NCBI GenBank assembly: GCA_030141605.1
Contig: JAQGDQ010000286.1
Location: 62,001 to 126,000, forward strand
Direction of reading: 5' to 3'
DNA length: 64,000 nt
Source of the DNA: Tubiluchus corallicola
Lineage: Eukaryota; Animalia; Priapulida
The notes beneath the pieces were generated by a model, which had not been told where the DNA came from, made no database searches, and saw only the letters and a program-made list of their open reading frames with translations. A program made the position numbers and the translations under genes. This document shows positions 54,559 to 64,000 of the stretch, in pieces. Each line of letters opens with the position of its first letter. Within the stretch, counting starts at the first letter, position 1.

Positions 54559-57500
54559 GTAAACATGTACGTTAAAGCAAAGCCAATATTAAATTGTAGG
54601 TCAAAACAATCTACTTTTTAAAATATTGAAAAGAAACATACTATTTTTTCAAAAATGACTTACGTGAAAGAAGTATTGCCACACAAAGACAATTTCGCAA
54701 TTCGTGCTACTATTTTTTTGCTGTTACATGCATTCCGCCATTTGCTAGTTAGATGGGCACTAGCGCGTGCATTTCGGAAATGCATTGCACAAAAACAGGT
54801 GCTGTACCTCTCAGTTCAGATTTGCTAGTTTGTGACGAACTACACACGTTTGACAGCTCATGCGTGATCACAGTGGCAAATTTGAAATTTGAATTTTTAT
54901 CTTAAAATTTGCCTAGTTTTAGTACCACACACTGAATATCTTATAGTAGCACTGTATTTCAATTTTTGCTTTCACAAACACGTGCAACACGTTCCTGGAA
55001 TATTTTTGTCTTTGAAAATTATGTTAGTTTGTGATGTCATCAACAGTTGGGCTCGCTCGTCATTAATTAAGATTTTAATCTATTATTTAATTATAAGAAA
55101 CGCCTTTTGCAGTATTAATTGTGTTAAAAGGTATACTTTTTATCTTACTTGAAAATAGGCTAGGATGTGAAAAATCATCCTGTCTTTCTTTAATACAAAC
55201 CATTATTCGGTTTAACACTTTGTATTGCTAGTAAATTAAGAAAATTAATTATTAGCAGTTTGCTTGAGGTTTCCACAGAAATATTATTTCCTTTAAATGT
55301 GTTTATTTACATGCTCTTTTGCATAATGTATGTTACTGGCTATTCGTAAAGAAAACCAATACTTAAATAAATATGATAGCCAGCACTCAGTTAAGCAAAG
55401 ACTTGGTTTCATTCATGCACAAACACCTGCAACGTTTCGACACAGTTATTTGGGCTTTCAAAAAACAAATAGAAATTTGAATCCTCGATTAAATTTTGCT
55501 CTTTCTTTGCTCTTTATTACCTAAAACATGTCAGTCCATCTAAACATAACAGGAAATTAGTGCCAAAAATAACAAATTAACAAATAACAATAGCCAAAAG
55601 TCAATTTTACATAATTAAGAGCTATACACTGTACTGTCGTATTAACTAATACCTAGCTGTTATTTTAAACCAAATTTAAGTCTTTTAAAGCAATTAGAGG
55701 ACATACATACGTTGTTAGCCCCAAATCTTGAGCAATTGTAAACAGATAATGACAATATCTTATTAAATTATCATGACACGTCTTCACGGCCAAAATGACA
55801 TGACTTATCACGACTCATCAAAACTTGTCATGACACATCATGGCCAAAAATCGCCACAATGTGGCCAAAGCCGACAAAAAGCGAAAGCTGCTAAGTACGC
55901 TAATGCAAGATTTCCAGTATAACAGTTATAGTCATGTTCACTCGACAATCTACTTAAATAAAAATACAAGGTAAAAAATCAACAATGCGAGAAGTAAACA
56001 AAACAAACACCACACTGTAAACTTCCGTATCGCGTGATACGAAGATAAATATCTGTTGAAACATTTCTGAAACAATAACCTCTATATGTCTGCTTTCGCT
56101 AAAATAGTTTGAGTAAAGTTTATTTTTTCTTGTGGTTAAAGCTGCTTGCTGATTATTGTTTTTTATTGTGAGGCGTGAGGTAGCCACGATGGGCATGGCA
56201 AACTATCAAGACTTTATTTAATAAGCAACACATTTATTTAACAACAAACACAACACGATAAATATAAGAGGATAGTAATGCCAGCCCTCTGTCTTCAAGT
56301 CAGTTCCTAATTTCCCTCGAGGTGCGGGCCTTATAAGGATTACATCATCAATCTTTACTTCTGTCAGCCAGTGGAACATCAGTTGGTCACGTGATGTCAT
56401 ACCTAACTAGGCTTCTGTCCACGTCGATAATTTAAGCTTGCATCGTCAAACATTTAATCTTGAATTATTAATTTAATAATTTAATCATCAATTTAATCTA
56501 AATCATTATTTAACACAGCTTTCCTTTACACTTTTCTTATAAATGAGAATTCGTTTTTCTCTAGTCTAGGACAAACACAACTTGTTGTCCAAGCGGAGGA
56601 ATGTTCTACAACGGACACTGTTACCACTTTTTCGAAACTCCAAAAATACACTGGTGGAAAGCTAGAATGTGGTGCAAAACGCTAGGTGGTGACCTGCCAT
56701 CTGTAACGACTCCTGCTGAACATAATTTTTTGACCAAGCACGTTAAAGCCAGACCTGGCAAGTTATTTGGTTCAAGTTTTGCTGTGTTGCGTGTGATATG
56801 TGTTACTGCTATGTTAAATTTAGATGTATTTTCTGTCTCCTTGGTGTTTTTACGATGCGTTGTATGTTTGCGGATAGCCTGGCAAAGTGAAGCAGTTATT
56901 GTATCAATACTAGCACAAAACCCCTTAAATTTTGTAAATCAAAGCTTAGATTAAATAATAATTAGCGTGGATACTCAAATTTTGTTAAACTTTCAAATCT
57001 AAGTGCGGCTTCATGAATCTACTAAGATTGGCAACGGCGCCTTTTTGTCACATGCGCGTGGCCGACAGATAGAAGGCAGTACCGTGATAACCATGATCAT
57101 GAACTGTTAGTTTCTAGCGTCATATGACGTAGAGCCCATTTTCGTGACAGCACGCGTATAAGCAGTACCGTAACACTTACGCTTGACGTGCAAGGGAAGG
57201 TGGCTGTTATTGCACAAACTGTGGTTAGTTTCTGACGTAAGCAATAGCTGTGTTCGGTTGCCGGTAATTAACTTTCTAAGCTAATTATTCAACTATAAGA
57301 TACAATTGCTAACTTTTATAGGCAAGAAAATTTATACTTTGTACAGTAAATTAAAATGAGATGGAGTCCAGACAATCATCTGGTCTTCTTTGAAATACAG
57401 TAGCAGTTAAAGAGAGTATGTAATAGTCACGTGTTGTGCTTGGGACACATGTAATGTGGATATTCGGTACCCAGAGAGTACGACTTCTTTTAAGGATAAA

Positions 57501-57780
57501 ATTCCAACTAATCGTTGATTCTGTTTAATAATGAAGTGACCTTGACCTTTATTTAGAAATGTATGATCCCTGGCTTGGTGGAACAGATCAACACAAAGAA
57601 GATAACTGGATCTGGATTTCCAATGGTCAGCCGTTCATATACACCAATTGGGCAGGGAATACTCCTGACAACGTGCAAGGAAATGAACACTGTTTACATT
57701 TGCATATGACACCTTACCAATGGAATGATATCAATTGTGTCACACAGCTTTCATTCATTTGTAAATCCATTGCAGATTAA
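54466..57780 (+). CDS. Secreted C-type lectin domain protein, copy 2 (169 aa); exons 54466-54558, 56565-56757, 57557-57780
   Basis: Same exon lengths (93/193/224 nt) and splice sites as copy 1; open frame; 16 amino-acid differences by hand count. Confidence 0.92.
54572..55193 (+). mobile_element. Kolobok-like MITE family A in lectin intron (duplicated with the gene)
   Basis: Same position and TTAA ends as 49550-50172. Confidence 0.85.
56565..56757 (+). CDS. Lectin copy 2, second coding exon
   Basis: SRTNTTCCPSGGMFYNGHCYHFFETPKIHWWKARMWCKTLGG...KARP; donor CTG|GCAAGT. Confidence 0.88.
57557..57780 (+). CDS. Lectin copy 2, last coding exon
   Basis: (E)MYDPWLGGTD...TPDNVQGNEHCLHLHMTPYQWNDINCVTQLSFICKSIAD*. 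Confidence 0.93.
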
Positions 57781-58110
57781 TTTGAAGTTTTAAAGTCTGA
57801 AAAATGTTAGTTTGATGTAATTAATTAATTGGTTAATTAGAATGATTTGATTTTTTATTAGTTTTTAAATTTGCTTATTTGTTACATTTTCATTTTGCTA
57901 CATATTTGCAGATTAAAAAAACATTAATGCAATAAGACATGAACTGATATAGCAGATAGTATATTTTGTACAAAGTTTGCAATTCCTCACGCAGAATAAA
58001 TTAGTTCGTAAACCGGATTATGATTAATTAATGTTAGGGTTGGGCTAGAGATAGGGTTAGATTTGGGGTTAGAATTTTAGACTCTGTCCGACTTTTAGAC
58101 TATAGTCCAC

Positions 58111-58547
58111 CTCTAACTCCGACTCCAAAAATTTTAGAAGATCAAACACCGAATCCTAAAATTCTAGAAAATCCAGCGACTCCTAAAATTTTAGAAGATC
58201 CAGCTCCGACTCCTAAAATTTTAGAAGATCCAGCTCCGACTCCTAAAAATTTAGAAGATCAAACTCCGGCTGCAAAAATTTTAAATGATTCAATAGCAGC
58301 TCCAAAAATCTTAAAAGATCCAATTTCGACTTCTAGAATTTTAGAAGTTCCAACTCCGACTCCAGAAATTTTAGAAAATCCAACTCCGACGCATAAAATT
58401 TTAGAAGATCTAACTCTGACTCCAAAAATTTTAAAAGATCCAATTTCGACTCCTAAAATTTTAGAAGACCAAACTTTGACTCCTAAAATTTTAGAAGATT
58501 TAAATTCGACTCCTAAAATTTTAGAAGATCCAACTCCTGACTCCAAC
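58111..58547. repeat. 30-bp minisatellite (GACTCCTAAAATTTTAGAAGATCCAACTCC), ~14 units
   Basis: Period 30 is directly visible. Further GACTCC motifs ending ...CACAGCTCTG at ~58842 suggest it is part of a larger non-autonomous element. Confidence 0.93.
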
Positions 58548-58917
58548 TTCTGCCCTTAAGCAATAATTTGTAGTATTCTCAATATAAAGCTATAGTGGCA
58601 TTTAATCACTACTTCTTATGCTCAAACAACAGTCTAGCTGCATAGACACCAATATGAAAGCATCCCAAAATGTTATTCTTCAATGTGTTAAAATTTTATA
58701 TTTCACTGACTCTAACACCGACTTATTTAACAATAAGTGCACACCCGAATCCCGACTCTGACTCCAAAACCCTAATTTTTGACAACTCTGACTCCTTTCG
58801 CAGTAAATTTACTGTCGACTCCAACCACAACTGCACAGCTCTGCAAATGACAGAAATGGATATATATATAGTAAGGTCAATTTGTCGAGTTACAAATAAA
58901 AAATTGCCTTGTCTATA

Positions 58918-60172
58918 TAGTGGAATTAGTCTATGCCGGATTGTGAAAAAATGTTTATTATGATTTAAAAGCATGAAATGTTGCACAGCACTAGAGTTCA
59001 TTAAAGTGATTAATTTTGACTGCGAAGTCAATCGAAATTCGTCCAAAATGGTCGCAAATTTCAAGATGGCTAACACTATGACTGTTGTTAGTTCATAAAG
59101 GCTATAAGCTAGTTATCAGAATAGACAGATTAAATGATTTTGGTGTCTAAGTATAGGTTTGGTTCCAAGGTCAAGGAATCCGTATCTGATGTTTAAATGC
59201 ACCTGTAATATCCCTTCTAAATGGGGGCAAAGATGGCTGCAAATGTTGCACCAAATGATGGAACTGCTCGTTTTGCCTTAAAACTACCAAATGTTGCATA
59301 ATGCTAAAACCCATCTGGCTGATTAATTTTGAATATAGAGCCATCGAAAATTATCAAATACAGTCACAAGATTTCAAGATGGTCGACAAGATACAAAACA
59401 AAACAACAACAAAACCCACTCCAGCATGAGCGCTTGTGTCATCTCCATGCAAAAATATTTTATACTTGTTATCTAGGGAATAAATCTCTGTTGATTTCAC
59501 ATTTGTATTTCTTATAATGCCTAAAACGCCAATCCATATTTGTCTACATCTTTTAAAAGATTTGTTTCCTTCAATTTTGTTCTAAAGCCTCGAACATTGA
59601 GTGTTCCAATTCTTATTATATCAGCATTATGATGACCCATGTGTTGTTCGTTCTTCTAATTCTACTGCTATAACTAAGCATAAAACTACAACAAGAATCC
59701 TTGCTGATGCTACCAAAACTACCATTACTGCGCGCTTGAATCATTGCAGAGAGCACAGATGCCCAGCCATACGAGCAGGCGAGCATTTAAGACAAAATAG
59801 TTTAATTTAGATAACTGTTGCCAATTCATGAGGTCTATATCTTATAGGAATTGTGAACAAGGTCTACCAGTTTTGTCCACTAACACGTATGTACAGTTAC
59901 AGTGTAATGAGGTTATGTTTGAATGCTTGTATGGCTTCTGGAATGAATATGACACCTACAGTATTATATAATGCATTACGCACATTTATATACTCTGCTT
60001 GTTGTCTGAAACAGGCAAATACGTTAGGTAAATAACTTTCCACGAAAATCGTAAATTCCGTAGGCCCTTAATCACCTTAAAAAAGACTTAATGAGCTTTA
60101 ACACTGTACAAAGTTTCATGCTTTTATATCAAACTGAGCATTTTGCACCATTCTGGTAGACTATGTACCCAT
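58918..60172. mobile_element. Non-autonomous DNA transposon with ~85-bp imperfect TIRs (Academ-like)
   Basis: TAGTGGAATTAGTCTATGCCGGATTGTGAAAAATG...AAAAGCATGAAATGTTGCACAG pairs with CTGTACAAAGTTTCATGCTTTT...CATTTTGCACCATTCTGGTAGACTA. Internal repeated CAAGATGG motifs. The superfamily is inferred only from the TAG terminus and general style. Confidence 0.65.
59400..59620 (-). pseudogene. APE endonuclease N-terminal fragment of a non-LTR retrotransposon (RTE-like)
   Basis: Minus strand: IIRIGTLNVRGFRTKLKETNLLKDVDKYGL / AL*EI / VKSTEIYSLDNKYKIFLHGDDTSAHAGVGFVV. These are the GT(W/L)NVR, QE and GVGF motifs of APE domains, with frameshifts. Confidence 0.8.
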
Positions 60173-60347
60173 TCATTTTTGTCAATTGGCAGCCATCGTT
60201 TTCACGTCATAATTAGTTCCTTTGCAGTGGTCAAATTTCCACCTAATTTTGGATACATTATTCTCTGGATCAGAAATACTACAAGAAAACACCAAAATAC
60301 GTTTTCTTGCAGTTTTGAGTGGTAGGGCTATTTCTTCATGATTCAGC

Positions 60348-60810
60348 GTACACCACTTTTCTGTAGATTAAGCATACAGCACTTTTCTGTAGATTAAGCA
60401 TGCACTACTTTTCTGTAGATTAAGCATACACCACGTTTCTGTATATTAAGTATAGACCACTTTACTATAGATTAAGCATAAACCGCCCCTCTGTACATTA
60501 AGCATACACCACGTTTCTGTATATTAAGTATAGAACACTTTACTGTAGACTAAGCATACACCGCCCCTCTGTAGATTAAGCATACACCACGTTGCTGTAT
60601 ATTAAGCATACACCACTTTTTTGTAGACTAAGTATACACCACTTTACTGTAGAGTTAGCGTACACCACTTTTCTGTAGATTAAGCATGTACCACTTTTTT
60701 GTAGATTAAGCATACACCACTTTTCTGTAGATTAAGCATACACCACTTTACTGTAGACTAACCATACACCACTTTTCTGTAGATTAAGCATACACCACTT
60801 TTCTGCATAT
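60348..60810. repeat. 26-bp minisatellite (TACACCACTTTTCTGTAGATTAAGCA), ~18 units
   Basis: Period 26 is directly visible; the array runs into the N gap. Confidence 0.96.
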
Positions 60811-60816
60811 NNNNNN
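60811..60816. other. Assembly gap (6 N)
   Basis: nnnnnn; adjacency across the gap is not assured. Confidence 1.
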
Positions 60817-61139
60817 GTTGTGAACGACCGAAGATTTTGTCTGTAGTGCTTAGGCTCGGACATGGAGTTCGTCAAGCCGCGATAATCTTATTCAATCATT
60901 TAATCTGTACTATTGTTACTTAAGTGTAGACTTTACCTCAACTGGTCTTCGTTGCTGTAAAGTATGCATTGCCACTAATAGATGGCAGCACTATTGAATT
61001 GTGGTCTAATTTGTATTAGCGTGCAAAAGTACTCAGTGTGTGAAGCAGGACTGCATGGCTGCAGTAATGTGAAAGCTGTAGATGTAATAAATAAACGTTT
61101 AAAGTATAATCAACGGTTATACCTTTTGTCAACACGACA
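60817..61139 (+). repeat. 5' LTR
   Basis: Ends (T)GTTGTG...CACGACA, with the first T lost in the gap. AATAAA at ~61086-61095. Immediately followed by the PBS. The 3' LTR is not in the window. Confidence 0.8.
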
Positions 61140-61143
61140 AAAT

Positions 61144-61162
61144 TGGTAGCAGAGAGTAGTTT
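61144..61162 (+). promoter_or_regulatory. Primer-binding site complementary to initiator tRNA-Met
   Basis: TGGTAGCAGAG is complementary to the conserved animal tRNAi-Met 3' end (CUCUGCUACCA) and lies 4 nt after the LTR's terminal CA. Confidence 0.8.
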
Positions 61163-61286
61163 TTGCTAATCAGTGGGCGACGATACTCGTATGCAGTCTA
61201 CGTTTACCAAGAAAGAGCGATTGTCTACTCGCTAGGACGTCTGCCTACCGGTAAATAATTTTCGAACATTTTCGTAATGACTAATT

Positions 61287-64000
61287 ATGGCTAAAGATAA
61301 CAAATGCATAAATTGTCGTCAACGTGTTGCAAGTGGGTTGATATGTGACAGCTGTGAACGTTGGTGGTGCATAAACTGTTTAAACCTAAAGCAAGATCAT
61401 GTACTAACAGAGAAACTTTATGAGGCATTAAGTCAGCTGGGCGAATTTCAATGGGCATGCGAGAAATGTTGCGACAATAATTTACTAATTCAGCTGGTGA
61501 AATCGGGAACGTTTACTACAAAGCAGTTGTCCGAATTCGGTTGCAATGGTGACGTCATCAATGTAATTAAAGCTACGAAACCAGTTGATAAGGTCGAAGT
61601 AATGTCTGCCGAAAATCAAACGGAAGCCACTTCGCTGCCAACGCAGCAAAATACTGCATCCAGGGGTCAAGTATTGCTGAATGAAACTATGTCACAGGTA
61701 AATCAGCCAGCGCAGGGCGGATCGCTGTCACAACAAGACGCAACACTTGCAATGATGCAAATGTTTCTACAATCGCAGCAACAGATGTTCCAAACGCTTC
61801 AAGAAGAACGAGAACGCGAACGAAAAGAACGCAAAGAAGAACTACAGTTAATCCTAGAGTCGGTGAAAAAGCAACCCGTCAGCAGTCCGCCACCGGATAT
61901 GTCATCAGATTCTACTACGAATTTTACAACCGCGAGGCTCCCGAAGATCGAACTAGCAAAATTTAACGGCAACGCCTTACAATGGAACAATTTCTGGGAA
62001 TCATTCAACATCAACGTTGACAGCAGACAACTCAACAACAAACAGAAATTAGACTATCTACATCGAGTTTTAGAAGGACCAGCGTATGACAAAATTAAAG
62101 GGTTGGGAATGGAAGGCGACAAGTACAGTGAAGCAGTCACTATTTTGAAGAATTTTTACGGCAATCCCGGTTTTCAACAGAAAGCGCATAGGGAGTCCCT
62201 GAAAGCAGTTCCGCACGTGAAAGAAAACCTGAGTAACCTTGAACAATTTACCGATGAAATACGCTCAGTTACTATATCGCTCAAACGTCAAGGCATTACA
62301 AATCAAGCCCTCGACAGTCACGTGACGGAGTTAGTAGAAAAACTACCTAAATATCTGACGGAAGAAATGAATAGATTTCGGCTGTATCAAGGCAAAAAGA
62401 GAGATGTAGTAAAGATGGAAGAATTAATTTCATTTTTGGAAGACTACCAAGAAGTAAATTTACATCGAACCAATGAAGGACAAGTTAAGAAAACACAGTT
62501 ACGGAACCAGGGTTCTGGAACAGAAAAAGCTATCCCTACTGCAAATTTTATTCAGAATGTTTCCAGAAATAAACTGAGATGCGCCTTTTGTGAAAAAGAC
62601 AATCACTACAGTGACGAATGCAAGAAGGTGGTAGATCCAAAAAAACGCAAGGAAATAATAGCCAATGCTAAAAGATGCTACAAATGTTTGAGTACCCGGC
62701 ACTTAATGAAAGACTGCAACAGACAGAAGCCATGTTTCCACTGCAAAAGTACCAGTCACAACTCAGCGCTCTGCGAGAAACGAGAGAAGATTTTATCTCC
62801 CCAACATTTATCTGTACAGACAGAACCAAGCGTCACTGAAACCATAGTTAAGCAGAATGATTTCCACGTCACCTATCCAGCAGAGGAAGGCATTGTGATG
62901 CCAGCGTTTCCATGCACAGCAGTGAATCCGCAAACTGAAGAGGCTCGTGAAGTTTTTGTCTACGTTGATGGTGGAGCCAAACATTCAAGTATCAGCGACG
63001 AAGCAGCTTCTAGACTTAATTTGTTACGCACAGGAAGATACAAGCTAGAAACATCACGCTTCAACACAGATGTAATAGAGGCAGTACACTCGAGTAAAGT
63101 GAAGTTCATTCTAAAGGGGTCTAAAGATTTTAGCCTGCAAATTCAAGCTTATACAATTCCAAAGCTAGCGCCTCCATTCCAAGTAGAGCCAATTCGACTA
63201 GACGCACAAGCTTTGGAAAAAGTTCGGCAGCTACGACTATTGAACTTGCCACCACGAAGCAACACTCAGAGAAGAATTGATGTCATCATTGGACAAGATT
63301 TCATCAACCGCATTATGGGACCAATGATTCCAGCTACCCATATTCAGAATGATTTGTTTGCTCATCGCAGTCCATTGGGAGATTTTCTAGCCGGAAATGC
63401 TACGATACCGGAAATGAATTACGATTCTAGCACTCGACCAGTTGTCGCGCCTAATTTATTTTGCTATTCTGCTATAGAAGATGTTGCAGACTCGACACAG
63501 TTAGAACAAGTAGGAATAAACAAGCAGTCTGAATTATCAGAGAAGGATAAAGAAGTTATCCAGAAATTTAGAGAAACAATTGAATTCAAGCATGGACGTT
63601 ATAAAGTTGGTTTTCCATGGAAACATCCTATACAGCATTTGGTTTCGAACTATCACGTAGCAAAGAAAAGACTTGAGTCTACACTAAAGATGTTAGCTCC
63701 TAATGGATCACCAACACGTCACTACGCTACGTACAATGAAACTATCAACAACCAGCTTCATCAAGGAATAATTGAGTCAGTTACTCAGCCTACAACAGAA
63801 CGACGCTTTATACACTACATAGCACATTTTCCAGTGATAAACGAAAATCGTACTTCTACTCAAGTTCGCATCGTGTACGACGCTAGTGACAAGAACAAAG
63901 CTGATGGTAAAAGCTTGAACGACCTAATACACGCTGGACCATGTCTACTTACTAACCTGGTTGGAATTTTACTACGTTTTCGCCTGTTTGAAATTGTCAT
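61287..64000 (+). CDS. BEL/Pao Gag-Pol polyprotein, N-terminal ~904 aa (PHD finger, Gag, 3 Zn knuckles, aspartic protease, start of RT)
   Basis: No stop inside the window, which is why it is missing from the ORF track. Motifs: CINC..CDSCERWWCINC..WACEKC; RLPKIELAKFNGNALQWNNFWESF (DUF1759-type Gag); CAFCEKDNHYSDEC, CYKCLSTRHLMKDC, CFHCKSTSHNSALC; VYVDGGA..IDVIIGQDF; YKVGFPWK; HFPV..VRIVYDAS..SLND.IHAGP.LL..LVGILLRFR. Confidence 0.93.
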   Translation, partial: MAKDNKCINCRQRVASGLICDSCERWWCINCLNLKQDHVLTEKLYEALSQLGEFQWACEKCCDNNLLIQLVKSGTFTTKQLSEFGCNGDVINVIKATKPVDKVEVMSAENQTEATSLPTQQNTASRGQVLLNETMSQVNQPAQGGSLSQQDATLAMMQMFLQSQQQMFQTLQEERERERKERKEELQLILESVKKQPVSSPPPDMSSDSTTNFTTARLPKIELAKFNGNALQWNNFWESFNINVDSRQLNNKQKLDYLHRVLEGPAYDKIKGLGMEGDKYSEAVTILKNFYGNPGFQQKAHRESLKAVPHVKENLSNLEQFTDEIRSVTISLKRQGITNQALDSHVTELVEKLPKYLTEEMNRFRLYQGKKRDVVKMEELISFLEDYQEVNLHRTNEGQVKKTQLRNQGSGTEKAIPTANFIQNVSRNKLRCAFCEKDNHYSDECKKVVDPKKRKEIIANAKRCYKCLSTRHLMKDCNRQKPCFHCKSTSHNSALCEKREKILSPQHLSVQTEPSVTETIVKQNDFHVTYPAEEGIVMPAFPCTAVNPQTEEAREVFVYVDGGAKHSSISDEAASRLNLLRTGRYKLETSRFNTDVIEAVHSSKVKFILKGSKDFSLQIQAYTIPKLAPPFQVEPIRLDAQALEKVRQLRLLNLPPRSNTQRRIDVIIGQDFINRIMGPMIPATHIQNDLFAHRSPLGDFLAGNATIPEMNYDSSTRPVVAPNLFCYSAIEDVADSTQLEQVGINKQSELSEKDKEVIQKFRETIEFKHGRYKVGFPWKHPIQHLVSNYHVAKKRLESTLKMLAPNGSPTRHYATYNETINNQLHQGIIESVTQPTTERRFIHYIAHFPVINENRTSTQVRIVYDASDKNKADGKSLNDLIHAGPCLLTNLVGILLRFRLFEIV

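Larger units (their letters stand above)
52811..58176 (+). repeat. Tandem segmental duplication unit 2 (~5.4 kb, contains lectin gene 2)
   Basis: Collinear with 47684-52810. Confidence 0.95.
60817..64000 (+). mobile_element. BEL/Pao LTR retrotransposon, 5' part (continues beyond the window)
   Basis: LTR, PBS and a single Gag-Pol ORF in the expected order. Confidence 0.93.

Noticed and set aside
58111-60810. 30-bp and 26-bp arrays (also the 38-bp array at 22858) as CRISPR arrays
   Set aside because: Units are directly head-to-tail with no unique spacers, there are no cas genes, and the context is eukaryotic.
51268-64000. Diversity-generating retroelement (C-type lectin pair plus nearby RT)
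   Set aside because: Differences between the lectin copies are not adenine-specific, both copies are full intron-containing genes, and the RT belongs to an LTR retrotransposon beyond an assembly gap.

Overview
AT-rich, repeat-dense animal genomic DNA. It is an invertebrate-type eukaryote, inferred from spliceosomal introns, TTAGGG-like repeats and the transposon families present; it is not prokaryotic. Bases 1-47,600 contain no convincing host exon. They are a mosaic of very long microsatellites, minisatellites, non-autonomous DNA transposons (a TTAA-flanked Kolobok-like family with 6 copies, a foldback element, a telomere-repeat-cored element), LINE relics, several long inverted repeat pairs, and Penelope-type minimal hammerhead ribozyme motifs. 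Bases 47,684-58,176 are a head-to-tail tandem duplication of about 5.2 kb. Each unit carries a 3-coding-exon secreted C-type lectin (169 aa, perlucin-like) whose second coding intron appears to be a non-canonical GC-AG intron, and the paralogues differ mainly around the ligand-binding loop. The window ends, after a 6-N gap, with the 5' LTR, an initiator-tRNA-Met-type PBS and an uninterrupted PHD-Gag-protease-RT ORF of a BEL/Pao LTR retrotransposon. Most long ORFs in the supplied track are translations of simple repeats. All alignments and counts were done by eye.
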